From Candidatus Nomurabacteria bacterium (GTDB lineage: Bacteria > Patescibacteriota > Minisyncoccia > Phycocordibacterales > UBA2100): a stretch of 64,000 nucleotides of DNA. Below, piece after piece: positions 38,361-47,122 of the stretch (the first letter of the stretch is position 1; each line of letters begins with the position of its first letter). The notes under the pieces are model-generated. The model was given only the letters and a program-made list of their open reading frames with translations. It had not been told where the DNA came from and did no database searches. The stretch covers positions 11,671 to 75,670 of the forward strand of contig CALRFU010000005.1 in assembly GCA_943356775.1 (NCBI GenBank), given 5' to 3'. Made by a program: the position numbers and the translations under genes.

Positions 38361-39875
38361 CTAGTTGCGGTTGATGACGATGCGGGGAGCATCACCTTCT
38401 TTTGAGATCTCAACCGTCATCGAGTCCGTTGTCTGCTTTGCCGTCGGTGCGACCGGAAGGTTTTCCATCACATCGACAGGGCTTGGCGTCATCGTCTCGA
38501 CAGGAGCTTCGACAACATCGAGCTTCGACTCTTCCGGGATGCGCACGGTCTCGTACGCGTCGGATTGGTGAGAGCTTTTTGCTGAGTTTGCGAAGGCGAG
38601 AACCTGGGTCTTACCTGCCGCGCTGAAGAGTGTACCCGGCACGTAGTAGACCGCGAGGTAGGCACCGGCGACTGCGAAGGAGATGATCGAGAGCCAGTAG
38701 AGCGCGTTGCCCAAGAGCCCCGCGTCGAATCCGGTGTAAGGAATCTGAGAGAGCGAGATGTACGAACCCTGAACCGTCACGTACGCGTTGCAGGTATTCG
38801 TGCCGCCGTATCCGGAGACCGTGAGTGTATAGGTCTTGGATACGTTCGGACGAACTGCGAGCGAACCGTTGACCGCGACCGCACCGATGCCATCAGAGAG
38901 CCATGCGCTTGTCGCACCGCTGGAAGACCATGAGAGGTACGCAGCTTGACCGTTGGCAATCGAACCTTGGGTCGCCGTGATGACACAGTAGGCGTTGGTG
39001 GTCGGGTAGATTGGGTACGTAGGATACGTTGGGTAAATTGGGTAAATTGGGTAGACCGGCTGTTGTGGGTAGACGTACTGTACTGGGTACGTGACCGGAG
39101 TCTGAGCGACGGGGATGACCGATACCGTGTTCACATTCGTGTTGACGTTGTTGTTCGTGTTCACGATGTTAATCGGTGTCGAGCTTTGCTGTTGCTGCTG
39201 TTGCTGGACCGGGCGCTGAGGCTGAGAAGCCGGGTACGAAGGAGCGTACGAGGTGCTCGGAGCGCGACCGAACGAAGGCATTGAGAATCCCCCGCCGGAG
39301 CTAGAGCCGCCGGTAGAACCGTATCCTGTCGAGCCGTAGCCTGAATAATAACCAGTTGCGTATTTGTTGTAGGAGTATCCGACGCCATATTGTTTGATTA
39401 CGTCAGTACCATACACATCGGTACCGAACGTGGTACCGCCCCAGGAGTCAGTGCCGAGGGTCGTTCCGCCCCATGCGTCGCTGCCGAGTGTGGTACCGCC
39501 CCAGGAGTCAGTGCCGAGGGTCGTTCCGCCCCAGCCGTCGTTGTAGGTGGTACCGCCCCATGCGTCGCTACCGTAAGTAGTGTCACCCCAACCGTCGCTG
39601 TAGGTAGTATCACCCCATCCGTCGTTGTAAGTAGTGTCACCCCAACCGTCGCTGTAGGTGGTATCACCCCATCCGTCGTTGTAAGTAGTGTCACCCCAAC
39701 CGTCGCTGTAGGTGGTGTCCCCCCAGGAGTCGCTACCCCACGTAGTGTCGCCCCAGCCGTCGTCGGAATCGGCGTGTACGGCGCTCGGGGCAATAAACCC
39801 AGAAGCGATAGTGATTGCGCAGAGAAGCGCGATGACCACAAAGAACTTGCTTGATTTGCTGTTTGCGAACGTCAT
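38361..39875 (-). CDS. Secreted/surface repeat protein with a signal peptide, about 16 tandem 9-aa repeats, low-complexity regions, a sortase-like IPYTG motif, and a C-terminal TM with tail
   Basis: N-terminal signal peptide (FFVVIALLCAITIASG). Repeats GWGDTTY(S/N)D x about 16, encoded by 27-nt tandem DNA repeats at about 39420..39760. Poly-Q, NVNTN and YPIYPT repeats. ...SQIPYTGFDAGLLGNALYWLSIISFAVAGAYLAVYYV then a 90-aa tail. Confidence 0.7.
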   Translation of the reverse strand: MTFANSKSSKFFVVIALLCAITIASGFIAPSAVHADSDDGWGDTTWGSDSWGDTTYSDGWGDTTYNDGWGDTTYSDGWGDTTYNDGWGDTTYSDGWGDTTYGSDAWGGTTYNDGWGGTTLGTDSWGGTTLGSDAWGGTTLGTDSWGGTTFGTDVYGTDVIKQYGVGYSYNKYATGYYSGYGSTGYGSTGGSSSGGGFSMPSFGRAPSTSYAPSYPASQPQRPVQQQQQQQSSTPINIVNTNNNVNTNVNTVSVIPVAQTPVTYPVQYVYPQQPVYPIYPIYPTYPTYPIYPTTNAYCVITATQGSIANGQAAYLSWSSSGATSAWLSDGIGAVAVNGSLAVRPNVSKTYTLTVSGYGGTNTCNAYVTVQGSYISLSQIPYTGFDAGLLGNALYWLSIISFAVAGAYLAVYYVPGTLFSAAGKTQVLAFANSAKSSHQSDAYETVRIPEESKLDVVEAPVETMTPSPVDVMENLPVAPTAKQTTDSMTVEISKEGDAPRIVINRN

Positions 39876-40072
39876 ACGATTATTTTTTATCTTTTAGTAA
39901 CGATGAATACTATTAATAACTTTTTCTAGGCACTCGGCTCAGCCGAGCGTTGCGACCCGATGAAAGCATGAATCGCTTGATTAGTCAAGTACTCATGCTC
40001 CATGAATCTGATTTTAGAGTGTGGGCGCCGCGAAACTGTCGCAGCGCCCAATACTCGTCTTCGTTGAATCTA

Positions 40073-40369
40073 CTACTTCTTTCCCGTGGCCGCGTCGATG
40101 CAGCCGCGGGCGATTTTCTCAGCGTGCGCCCAGTCCTTGTCAGCCTGGATGCGCGCCTTCCACTGGACGCCGTGCCTGTTGTAGGCGGCGTCGTGTACCA
40201 CCCGGAAATCTTCGGTGGGACGCAGATGGAACTGCTTCCCATCAATGATGCGAAAGGCGCCCTTCTGGACGCACGCCGCAATCTTCGGTCCGATGATGTC
40301 GGCAGCGAAAGTCGGGGCGGCAGTGGCGATGACGGCAACGGTGGCGAGAGCGGGGAGGATGCGGATCAT
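40073..40369 (-). CDS. Small secreted protein (98 aa) with a signal peptide
   Basis: AGGAGA upstream of ATG at 40369; MIRILPALATVAVIATAAPTFA signal peptide. Confidence 0.5.
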   Translation of the reverse strand: MIRILPALATVAVIATAAPTFAADIIGPKIAACVQKGAFRIIDGKQFHLRPTEDFRVVHDAAYNRHGVQWKARIQADKDWAHAEKIARGCIDAATGKK

Positions 40370-40615
40370 GAAAGTCTCCTGTTGAAGCTCCGTAATGAAT
40401 GCGGGACGGAGCACCCGAAAAACGTCCAAATAAGGCGCTTTTCGGATGCTCCGACCCTACCCCTGCATCACCTTGCGAATAGTCTATGAAGACGAGTTGT
40501 GAAAGAGCTTCAACGAATCCAGCAGACATTATATACGATGAATCTGCACTTGTCAAGTACCCTCATATGCCCAAGACATGGTCCTGATTTCGTCCCTAAA
40601 TGGTACTATTCCGCA

Positions 40616-40717
40616 ATGGAAGGAGGTATGGATAGACGTGATTTTCTCAAGCTGACAGGCGGTGTACTCGCCGGAGCCTTGGGTAGCACACTTCGCTCTC
40701 GAGCATTTTTTCCATGA
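40616..40717 (+). CDS. Short ORF encoding only a twin-arginine (Tat) signal peptide; likely the 5' part of the following gene cut off by a frameshift
   Basis: MEGGMDRRDFLKLTGGVLAGALGSTLRSRAFFP*. Its frame stops just after a T6 run at 40706..40711 while the downstream domain continues in the +1 frame. Confidence 0.45.
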   Translation: MEGGMDRRDFLKLTGGVLAGALGSTLRSRAFFP

Positions 40718-41561
40718 CACACCAACCCCTGAAGCGGCGCAAGAGAAGCTCCAGCGCTCCTCCACGATGACCATTCCCGATGCGGCAGAGCTGCTGAAAC
40801 TGCGAGAGCGGAGTGTATACCCGGAAGGCGGGCGAAATGTAAGCGCTATCGATACACTGGCGCTTCAGATACCCGAAGGCAAGTACGGTTTGTATATGGA
40901 TGGCGACAGCCAGAGACTCTATCTGCTTGGGAATCGCGGCGGAGCCGTGGAATTCGTTGCTTCCTTTCTCACTTCGACGTCAGCACAAGAATGGAGCAAC
41001 AAGCCGCAGTCGGGTGGTACTCCGCTTGGAATGCATCGCATGGTTGCCTATCAGAAAGGCAAGCTCGGGCAGGTTCTTTCGAAAACAGACGAGGCAACAA
41101 ACAAATTCCCCCGGGTACCGATAAAGTCAGGCGGTAAAAATACGCAAGAACCTTTTGTCCGCTCTCTCAATCAGGCCGTTGACCCTGCGGCCATCATTAC
41201 GGATGCATTCGCATTGTGGGGGCCGTCTACTCCCCTGAGCAGAGGTGTCTTCATTCATGGAACGAATCGCGAAGACACGCTCGGCGCACGATACAGCGGC
41301 GGATGTGTGAGGATGACCAGCGTGGATGCGCATGTACTTGCGGGCACCGATGAACGGGGCGTCCCGTATATCGAGGTAGGCGCGTTGGACAAAAAAGGTA
41401 AAACCGCGCGAGGCGGTTCACCGGTGATGATTCATGTCTATCCAAGTGAAAAGTCCCGCAAAGCTCCTTCACTAAAACCTGCATGGGAAGCCAACCCGTC
41501 GCGTAACGATACAGTGAGACCGGACGGACTAACGCCAGGGCTTAAAGATGTTACGAAATAA
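40662..41561 (+). CDS. L,D-transpeptidase (YkuD) domain protein; N-terminal Tat signal appears displaced into another frame
   Basis: C-terminal catalytic motif RGVFIHGTN...GARYSGGCVRM (HG...SxGCxR). No in-frame signal peptide unless it is joined to 40616..40717 by a 1-nt change in the T6 run. Confidence 0.65.
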   Translation: MYSPEPWVAHFALEHFFHDTPTPEAAQEKLQRSSTMTIPDAAELLKLRERSVYPEGGRNVSAIDTLALQIPEGKYGLYMDGDSQRLYLLGNRGGAVEFVASFLTSTSAQEWSNKPQSGGTPLGMHRMVAYQKGKLGQVLSKTDEATNKFPRVPIKSGGKNTQEPFVRSLNQAVDPAAIITDAFALWGPSTPLSRGVFIHGTNREDTLGARYSGGCVRMTSVDAHVLAGTDERGVPYIEVGALDKKGKTARGGSPVMIHVYPSEKSRKAPSLKPAWEANPSRNDTVRPDGLTPGLKDVTK

Positions 41562-41666
41562 CAGTGAGTCTGAATATAAAAAGTTCAACCCCGGCTGCGC
41601 AGATGCGCAGCCGGGGTTGTGGTTGTAGTCGAGAAGTGAACATGGATCCCACAGAGCGAGGTGTCA

Positions 41667-42413
41667 CTACCTGGTGACGTCTCGCCATTCAGGACCCAGA
41701 GGCAGCGGAGGATTGATGTCCGTCGTCCAGCCGGAGCCATACGAACCGAGCATGGTAGAGCCCGGGCCGGTATTCACCGGCAACCTGTCGCCGAACAACA
41801 GGAGCAGCAACGTAATCATGCCAACAATGGCGAAGGCGATAAGCACCGCCGTGCCCAAGCCAACCGGAGCCGCAATCGGTACCGCAATCGGTGCGGGACC
41901 GAGAGCCGGCGGAACAATCGGAGCAACAGGCGCAACAGCCGGAGGCGGCGCAATCGAGCGCTGCGTCTGGATGTATTGCCATGCAGCCTTGTGCTTGTGC
42001 CCCTGCAAGAAGCCGACGTCAATCCACGAGAAGATGACGAGACCGAACAGCACCCAGTACGAATTCGGCACAGCGGCCAAACTCGTAATCGGCGTGAAGC
42101 CTTGCACGATTCCCGCGATGCCAAGCACAACCCACACCCCGACGAGATTGAAGGAGAACCAAGCAATCCAGGACGGAACGTAGTCGATCCAATACAGAGC
42201 CGGCGCCCTGCCGGCATCGCCCTGACCCAAGAGGCCGGAGAAGATATTGAACAGGACGTAGCCGATGTAGATGGCCGACGCATACATTACGAAGGCGGTG
42301 AGGGCTAGTCCGATCGGATTGGCCCGCAAAGCCTCAATGTAGTTGACAGGAGCGATCGCGGCAGCAGCGAGAGCTGCGGCGGCAGCGATGATGGTGACGA
42401 TAGTCTTTAGCAT
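41667..42413 (-). CDS. Polytopic membrane protein with a Pro/Ala-rich segment
   Basis: Start at MLKTIVTIIAAAAALAAAAIA. At least 6 hydrophobic helices and a PPPAVAPVAPIVPPALGPAPIAVP linker. Confidence 0.55.
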   Translation of the reverse strand: MLKTIVTIIAAAAALAAAAIAPVNYIEALRANPIGLALTAFVMYASAIYIGYVLFNIFSGLLGQGDAGRAPALYWIDYVPSWIAWFSFNLVGVWVVLGIAGIVQGFTPITSLAAVPNSYWVLFGLVIFSWIDVGFLQGHKHKAAWQYIQTQRSIAPPPAVAPVAPIVPPALGPAPIAVPIAAPVGLGTAVLIAFAIVGMITLLLLLFGDRLPVNTGPGSTMLGSYGSGWTTDINPPLPLGPEWRDVTR

Positions 42414-42477
42414 GACACTTCCTCTAGATTCAGGTTCGGTCTGCGTTGCAGACACTGGTTGCGTATGATTTGCGGGA

Positions 42478-42825
42478 TTAGCTACGGTGGCTTGAGCGCC
42501 GCCGAAGAAACCTCGCAAAGATTGCTAGAAGCACCAAGGTAATCTTGGTGACGAAGGCTATCGTTCCGACCAAGAGCGCGACGCCCCCACCGTTCGAGAC
42601 CATGAACGCTTCGAGATGATCGCCGAAGACCGGCACCAACCCCATAAGCCACGCAAGCGGTTCCCCGACCCACTGTTGATTGAATTTCAACGTGGCCGTG
42701 AACTTTTTCGGGTACATCCCGAAAAGAATTGCTACCGCCGACAGTCCGATGAGGATGCTGGTCGAAGACAGCAGGCCCCACAGGAGCCCTCTTTTGACCA
42801 AGCCCATGTAAGACCTCTCTACCAA
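42478..42825 (-). CDS. Small membrane protein
   Basis: 115-aa ORF with 3 hydrophobic helices; start uncertain. Confidence 0.4.
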   Translation of the reverse strand: MVERSYMGLVKRGLLWGLLSSTSILIGLSAVAILFGMYPKKFTATLKFNQQWVGEPLAWLMGLVPVFGDHLEAFMVSNGGGVALLVGTIAFVTKITLVLLAIFARFLRRRSSHRS

Positions 42826-42975
42826 ATTGTGAAGACCAAGCTGCCAAGCGGAATGCCGACAGCAGCTATTATTATATCATTTTGATTGTTATTGTCAATA
42901 GTACCAAAGAAAACAGCGCGCAGGTCCCGGAGGATTGCTGCGCGCCGTATTTCGACGTTTGCCGCTGATACTGAA

Positions 42976-43314
42976 TCAGCAAGCGTAAGTGCCGATGACT
43001 CTTTTCGGACCAACTCCGCCGGGTTGAACCCACCGGACACATGTGCGGCTCTCCAGGTAGATGAAGGGCTCCACGACGACGACACTCTGACGACCGCCGC
43101 TGCGCCAATGACCGGCGTTGCCATGGCCATACTGGTTGCGGTCAACGTAGGTATCGGGGCGACTTCCCCACCGGGGTTCGCCGGGGCGGAAAATCGCATC
43201 CCGCCCGCATTCGCCACCCTGGTGGATGCCGCACCCAGCCAAAGCCGGAACGGGGGCAAGCGAGAAGGCAGTTGCGATTGCGAGACCGGCGAGTGAAAGA
43301 ACGAACTGGCGCAT
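42976..43314 (-). CDS. Putative lipoprotein (113 aa)
   Basis: GGGAGA upstream of ATG at 43314. Signal peptide MRQFVLSLAGLAIATAFSLAPVPALAGC with an LAGC lipobox. Preferred over the overlapping 222-aa ORF. Confidence 0.5.
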   Translation of the reverse strand: MRQFVLSLAGLAIATAFSLAPVPALAGCGIHQGGECGRDAIFRPGEPRWGSRPDTYVDRNQYGHGNAGHWRSGGRQSVVVVEPFIYLESRTCVRWVQPGGVGPKRVIGTYAC

Positions 43315-43487
43315 TGGTTTTCTCCCTGTGCGCTGCCGCAAACTCCCCATCGGAGTTTGAACGGCATATTTGAATGATACATCAAAAATAGATAAAAGTC
43401 AAGTCCCCCATTGTCTTTATTGTTAGCCATATAAAACGAAAACGGCGGGTGTGGAACCCGCCGTTCATGATTCACGTCCCGAGCCAT

Positions 43488-43928
43488 TCAGGACTGCTGC
43501 TGGACGATAGGCTTCTGGGCAGCGTTGTTGATGGCAAACGCCCCGGACAGTACCGCATCGAGGAGCGCCGCGAGCCACGGCAGAACGAACCACCACTCGA
43601 GACTGCCACTCGCGACAAGCCGTCCATGCCATTCTGTGAGCGCTACGGCCATGACGAGGCTGACGAAGTCGTCCCACTGCAGGTGCCCCACCGAGGTCTT
43701 ACGGTCGACTACGGTATAGGTCTCTGCAGCGAGCCAAACCAGAATGAATCCGGTTGAGATCGCGAGCGCGAGCCACAGTCCGTTGTTGTCCGGCATCGCA
43801 ACCGGAACCTGCAACACCGGAATAAGCGCACCCACTCCCATCATGGCGAGCGGGAACACCGGACGGACGATGCCGATAACCCGGAATGTCTTTCGACATC
43901 CCTTCTTAAAGCCTTCGAAACTAGCCAT
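43488..43928 (-). CDS. Membrane protein (about 147 aa, 4 predicted helices)
   Basis: Start at MASFEGFKKG...; repeated hydrophobic segments. Confidence 0.5.
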   Translation of the reverse strand: MASFEGFKKGCRKTFRVIGIVRPVFPLAMMGVGALIPVLQVPVAMPDNNGLWLALAISTGFILVWLAAETYTVVDRKTSVGHLQWDDFVSLVMAVALTEWHGRLVASGSLEWWFVLPWLAALLDAVLSGAFAINNAAQKPIVQQQS

Positions 43929-44031
43929 TGTTTGATCCCTTTTGAGAACAACCCGTATGAGCACCACGCTCTGGGGCGTCTGACATGAGTACCACGTACT
44001 CAGAAAAATTCAAACCTTTTCCGAAAGCCTG

Positions 44032-44544
44032 TTATTTTGCGAATGTGACCGCGTGGGCTATCTCTATCACGTGTGCGACTTCAACAGGACGGGCTATGGA
44101 GACGGGACGAGCGATTGAGACCGGCCGTGCGATGTCTACCGCGTGACCAACCTCCACTGCCCTACCGACGCTCACGAGTGCAAAAAGCTTGCCCGGTCCG
44201 TAGAGATCGACGGCGCGGGCGATATCGACAACGTGCGCGATGTCTACCGCGTGTGCAACTTCAACGGGATGCGCGACATGTACCGGATAGCCGATACCAA
44301 TAGGATAGCCGATTGAGACGGGACGGGCGACGCTCACGCCATACCCCACATTCACTCCTCGTGCGACCGTGACGCCGTAGCCGACACCGATGGGATACCC
44401 GACAGTTGCAGGACGCGCGACTAATGCGGGACGCGCCACCGAGGCCGGGTATGCCACTGGCTCATACACATACACTGCAGCATAGGTGTAGGGACCGAAG
44501 CTTGCTCCGAACATAACCAAAAAGGTAACGAGTGTTTTTTTCAT
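44032..44544 (-). CDS. Secreted low-complexity repeat protein
   Basis: Signal peptide MKKTLVTFLVMFGASFG. Pentapeptide-like repeats VARPV / IGYPIG / AH.VDIA across 150 aa. Confidence 0.55.
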   Translation of the reverse strand: MKKTLVTFLVMFGASFGPYTYAAVYVYEPVAYPASVARPALVARPATVGYPIGVGYGVTVARGVNVGYGVSVARPVSIGYPIGIGYPVHVAHPVEVAHAVDIAHVVDIARAVDLYGPGKLFALVSVGRAVEVGHAVDIARPVSIARPVSIARPVEVAHVIEIAHAVTFAK

Positions 44545-44550
44545 AGTTTA

Positions 44551-45219
44551 TTATGAGCGCGGCACGATGCCGACGAAGTCGGCTTCGACGATAAAGCGTG
44601 CACTTTTGCCTGTAAGGACATCGCAGGTCGTGAGGGTAAGCTTGGTGCCCTGGGTCGGTGAGATGTCGATGGTGGCGTCCTGCACATCCGCTTTGCGGAC
44701 AGATGTAACCGAGTAGAGATATTCAACACCGCCGCCTAGGACGGAGATAGAATCGCCCGGCTTCAATTTTGAGATATTATTGAACGCCTTAAACATTTGA
44801 TTGCGGACAACAGCGTAGTTGGACGAGTGCGCGAAGATAAGCATGTTGCCAGGGTTCCCAAGCTTCGCCGAGTCGACGTAGCGTGCGGGACCTTTGAGAA
44901 TAGCGGCATCAAGAACCGCGAGGTCACGCGTATCAGGGTTTTGGACGACGACATCGAGACCGATAGCGGCGCTCCGGATGCGCTCGGGGAGAACTCCTTG
45001 TGGTAGTGCGGGAGATTCAGCCAACTGCGGCAAGTCCGAAAGCCTGACCTGTCCGGTGAGCGATTTATCCTGAGCAAAGTCGAAGGAAGTTGAACCATCG
45101 ATGTAGCTGGGGACAAAACCGACCGAATCAGCGGCGCTTACGGTACAGAAGAAAACCAGCACAACCGCGGCAAAAAAGACGCGTTTAGGCGGTTTTTGAG
45201 AGCTTTTAGGTGTATTCAT
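44551..45219 (-). CDS. Sortase-family transpeptidase
   Basis: N-terminal membrane anchor; catalytic motifs LIFAHSS (His), KLTLTTCD (TLxTC Cys), SARFIV (Arg). Confidence 0.75.
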   Translation of the reverse strand: MNTPKSSQKPPKRVFFAAVVLVFFCTVSAADSVGFVPSYIDGSTSFDFAQDKSLTGQVRLSDLPQLAESPALPQGVLPERIRSAAIGLDVVVQNPDTRDLAVLDAAILKGPARYVDSAKLGNPGNMLIFAHSSNYAVVRNQMFKAFNNISKLKPGDSISVLGGGVEYLYSVTSVRKADVQDATIDISPTQGTKLTLTTCDVLTGKSARFIVEADFVGIVPRS

Positions 45220-45253
45220 ATAGCTCGTAGGAATCTGAATAATACACTATAAA

Positions 45254-46327
45254 TTGCTCTCTGTCAAGACACCTCCTTCTCCCCAAGAAGGGATTGACAA
45301 GGGTGCATATATATGGAAATATATTGAAACTATGGCAGACGCCTTAAATACGGATCCCAAGCATTCGGCATACGTACACACTCACGGCGAGCCGAAGGCG
45401 AGCCTCGTCTCCAACGCGCTCGCAATCGTGGGCTTCATCATCGTTATCGTTATCGTGCTCTGGGGACTCTTCCATATCGCAACTCTCGGCATGCCGTGGT
45501 TCTCTTCCCTTTTCGGAGGAGGATCGCAGACCATTACCGTCGAGGCACCTGAAAACGTAACCTCGGGCACCGCATTCGCAATAACGTGGAAGTACAGCAC
45601 CTCCGAGCAAGGCACGTACGCATTTTTGTATCAGTGCAAAGACGTGCTCCACTTTCAGACCGCGGGCGCGGGCGGCACACTGGATACCGTCCCGTGTGGC
45701 GCGGCCTTCACCGTCGCGACGGCCAACAATAGTCTCATGGTAACTCCGCAGCTCTCGGGCACCACCTCGACGAGCGTCCCCCTCACCATTGTCTTTATCC
45801 CGAGCGCGACCACATCTCCGCAAGTACAAGGAAACGCCACGGTCACCGTGAATCCTATCGCCGCCGCAACTCCGGCGGTCGTGCGGCCTGCAACAACGAC
45901 CCCCTCGGTGGTAACACCCGTGATTCCGATAGCACCAGTTGCGACAGGTCCGACCGACCTCTCGGTACAGATACTCTCCGTCGTTCCGGATGGTTCAGGG
46001 GGAGCCATCGCGACATTCGATATCGGCAACGAAGGACTGAGCTCGACGAGTGTCTACTCCTTCACAGCACAATTGCCGACAGCGACGGGATATCTCTATC
46101 AATCACCTTCCCAAAGCTCACTTGCTCCGGGTGACCACATCGTCAACACGCTCCGCTTCTCGCAAGCGGTATCAGGCATCTTCAGCGTCGTCGTTGACCC
46201 TACGAATTCAAAAAACGAATTGAGCGCCGCCAACAACTACGCCTCTCAGCAAATCTCGATGCCATACGTGCAGCAGACCTACCAAACCTATCCGCAGCAA
46301 TATTCACCGTACCCGTACGTGTACTAA
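45254..46327 (+). CDS. N-terminally anchored cell-surface protein (Thr/Ser/Pro-rich)
   Basis: TM anchor ALAIVGFIIVIVIVLWGLF, then extracellular Thr/Val/Pro-rich stretches and a Y/Q/P-rich C-terminus. Start uncertain (TTG 45254 or ATG 45332). Confidence 0.55.
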   Translation: MLSVKTPPSPQEGIDKGAYIWKYIETMADALNTDPKHSAYVHTHGEPKASLVSNALAIVGFIIVIVIVLWGLFHIATLGMPWFSSLFGGGSQTITVEAPENVTSGTAFAITWKYSTSEQGTYAFLYQCKDVLHFQTAGAGGTLDTVPCGAAFTVATANNSLMVTPQLSGTTSTSVPLTIVFIPSATTSPQVQGNATVTVNPIAAATPAVVRPATTTPSVVTPVIPIAPVATGPTDLSVQILSVVPDGSGGAIATFDIGNEGLSSTSVYSFTAQLPTATGYLYQSPSQSSLAPGDHIVNTLRFSQAVSGIFSVVVDPTNSKNELSAANNYASQQISMPYVQQTYQTYPQQYSPYPYVY

Positions 46328-46427
46328 TCTGTGGTGAATTGCAAAACGAAACTAGCCGCCACAGTATGCGGCTCTTTACTTTTGTTTCTTTTGTATTTTG
46401 TATAAATCCTTTCCCACATTTCTTACC

Positions 46428-46465
46428 TATACTATCTTTACGCTATAGCGTAGATATAGTATAGA
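46428..46465. promoter_or_regulatory. Near-perfect 38-bp palindrome with core TACGCTATAGCGTA (downstream copy)
   Basis: CTATACTATCTT-TACGCTATAGCGTA-GATATAGTATAG, 5-8 nt from the stop of the 46470..47045 gene. Confidence 0.6.
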
Positions 46466-46469
46466 TGCC

Positions 46470-47045
46470 TTAAGTGGACTTTTTGAAACCAAATTCTCTC
46501 CTGAGCCTTGCGTCCCCCTCAAGTTCATCAACTATCATGTAGATTACGTCTTTCCCGATTTTGAAGTCAGCCTTTAAAAGAGTTATCAGATCTTCACAGT
46601 CGTATGGGTACACCCACACGCTGTCCTGAAGTCTTACGAACCCGATATGCATAAGTGTGCGGCGGATTTTGTCTCGAACTGCCTTTCGGTATTCAGGCAC
46701 ATCGAAGATGAGGACTCGCCACCTACCATCCCAGCGAGAAGGCTTTTTTATTGAGTATTGCGACTCGAGGATTGCTAAAACCGATGAACCTTTATTGGTC
46801 AATTGGAGTTTTCCATCTTTTTTCGAAAGGAGTCCTTTTTCCAATAGTAGTCGTCGTGCCCGCCCAATGGTGCTTCTACTCTGAAGCGCATTCGGTAGGA
46901 GCCCCATTTTTTGAAGTGCTTGGGGTACGTTTGGAGCCATCACAGTAATACCGACAAGTGCTGATGTTTTTGCAAGAGTTAGAATTGCATATTTAAAATC
47001 CCGCCTTCGCTTCCTTTTTCTTCCAGATTCTTCGATGACACCCAT
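46470..47045 (-). CDS. PaaX-like putative transcriptional regulator, paralog 2
   Basis: 191 aa sharing with 9130..9717 the motifs WRVLIFDVPEYRKAVR...GFVRLQDSVWVYPYDCED...LLKADFKIGKD. Confidence 0.55.
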   Translation of the reverse strand: MGVIEESGRKRKRRRDFKYAILTLAKTSALVGITVMAPNVPQALQKMGLLPNALQSRSTIGRARRLLLEKGLLSKKDGKLQLTNKGSSVLAILESQYSIKKPSRWDGRWRVLIFDVPEYRKAVRDKIRRTLMHIGFVRLQDSVWVYPYDCEDLITLLKADFKIGKDVIYMIVDELEGDARLRREFGFKKST

Positions 47046-47080
47046 ATACTATATCTACGCTATAGCGTAATTATAGTATA
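47045..47080. promoter_or_regulatory. Near-perfect 36-bp palindrome with core TACGCTATAGCGTA (upstream copy) overlapping the start codon
   Basis: TATACTATATC-TACGCTATAGCGTA-ATTATAGTATA, starting at the ATG of the 46470..47045 gene. Confidence 0.6.
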
Positions 47081-47122
47081 CCTTTCTTCAGGATTGATTG
47101 CCCCAGGAATTCCACACCTGGA

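Noticed and set aside
39420-39760. Regular 27-nt tandem repeat array, considered as a possible CRISPR or other non-coding repeat
   Set aside because: The repeats are directly adjacent with no spacers and lie in-frame within a long ORF, encoding GWGDTTY(S/N)D units. They are coding tandem repeats, not a CRISPR array. No cas genes are present.
42819-43487. 222-aa ORF on the minus strand
   Set aside because: Overlaps the better-supported lipoprotein ORF 42976..43314, which has a Shine-Dalgarno sequence, a signal peptide and an LAGC lipobox, and shows no motif or sensible start. Likely a read-through artefact of the ORF caller.
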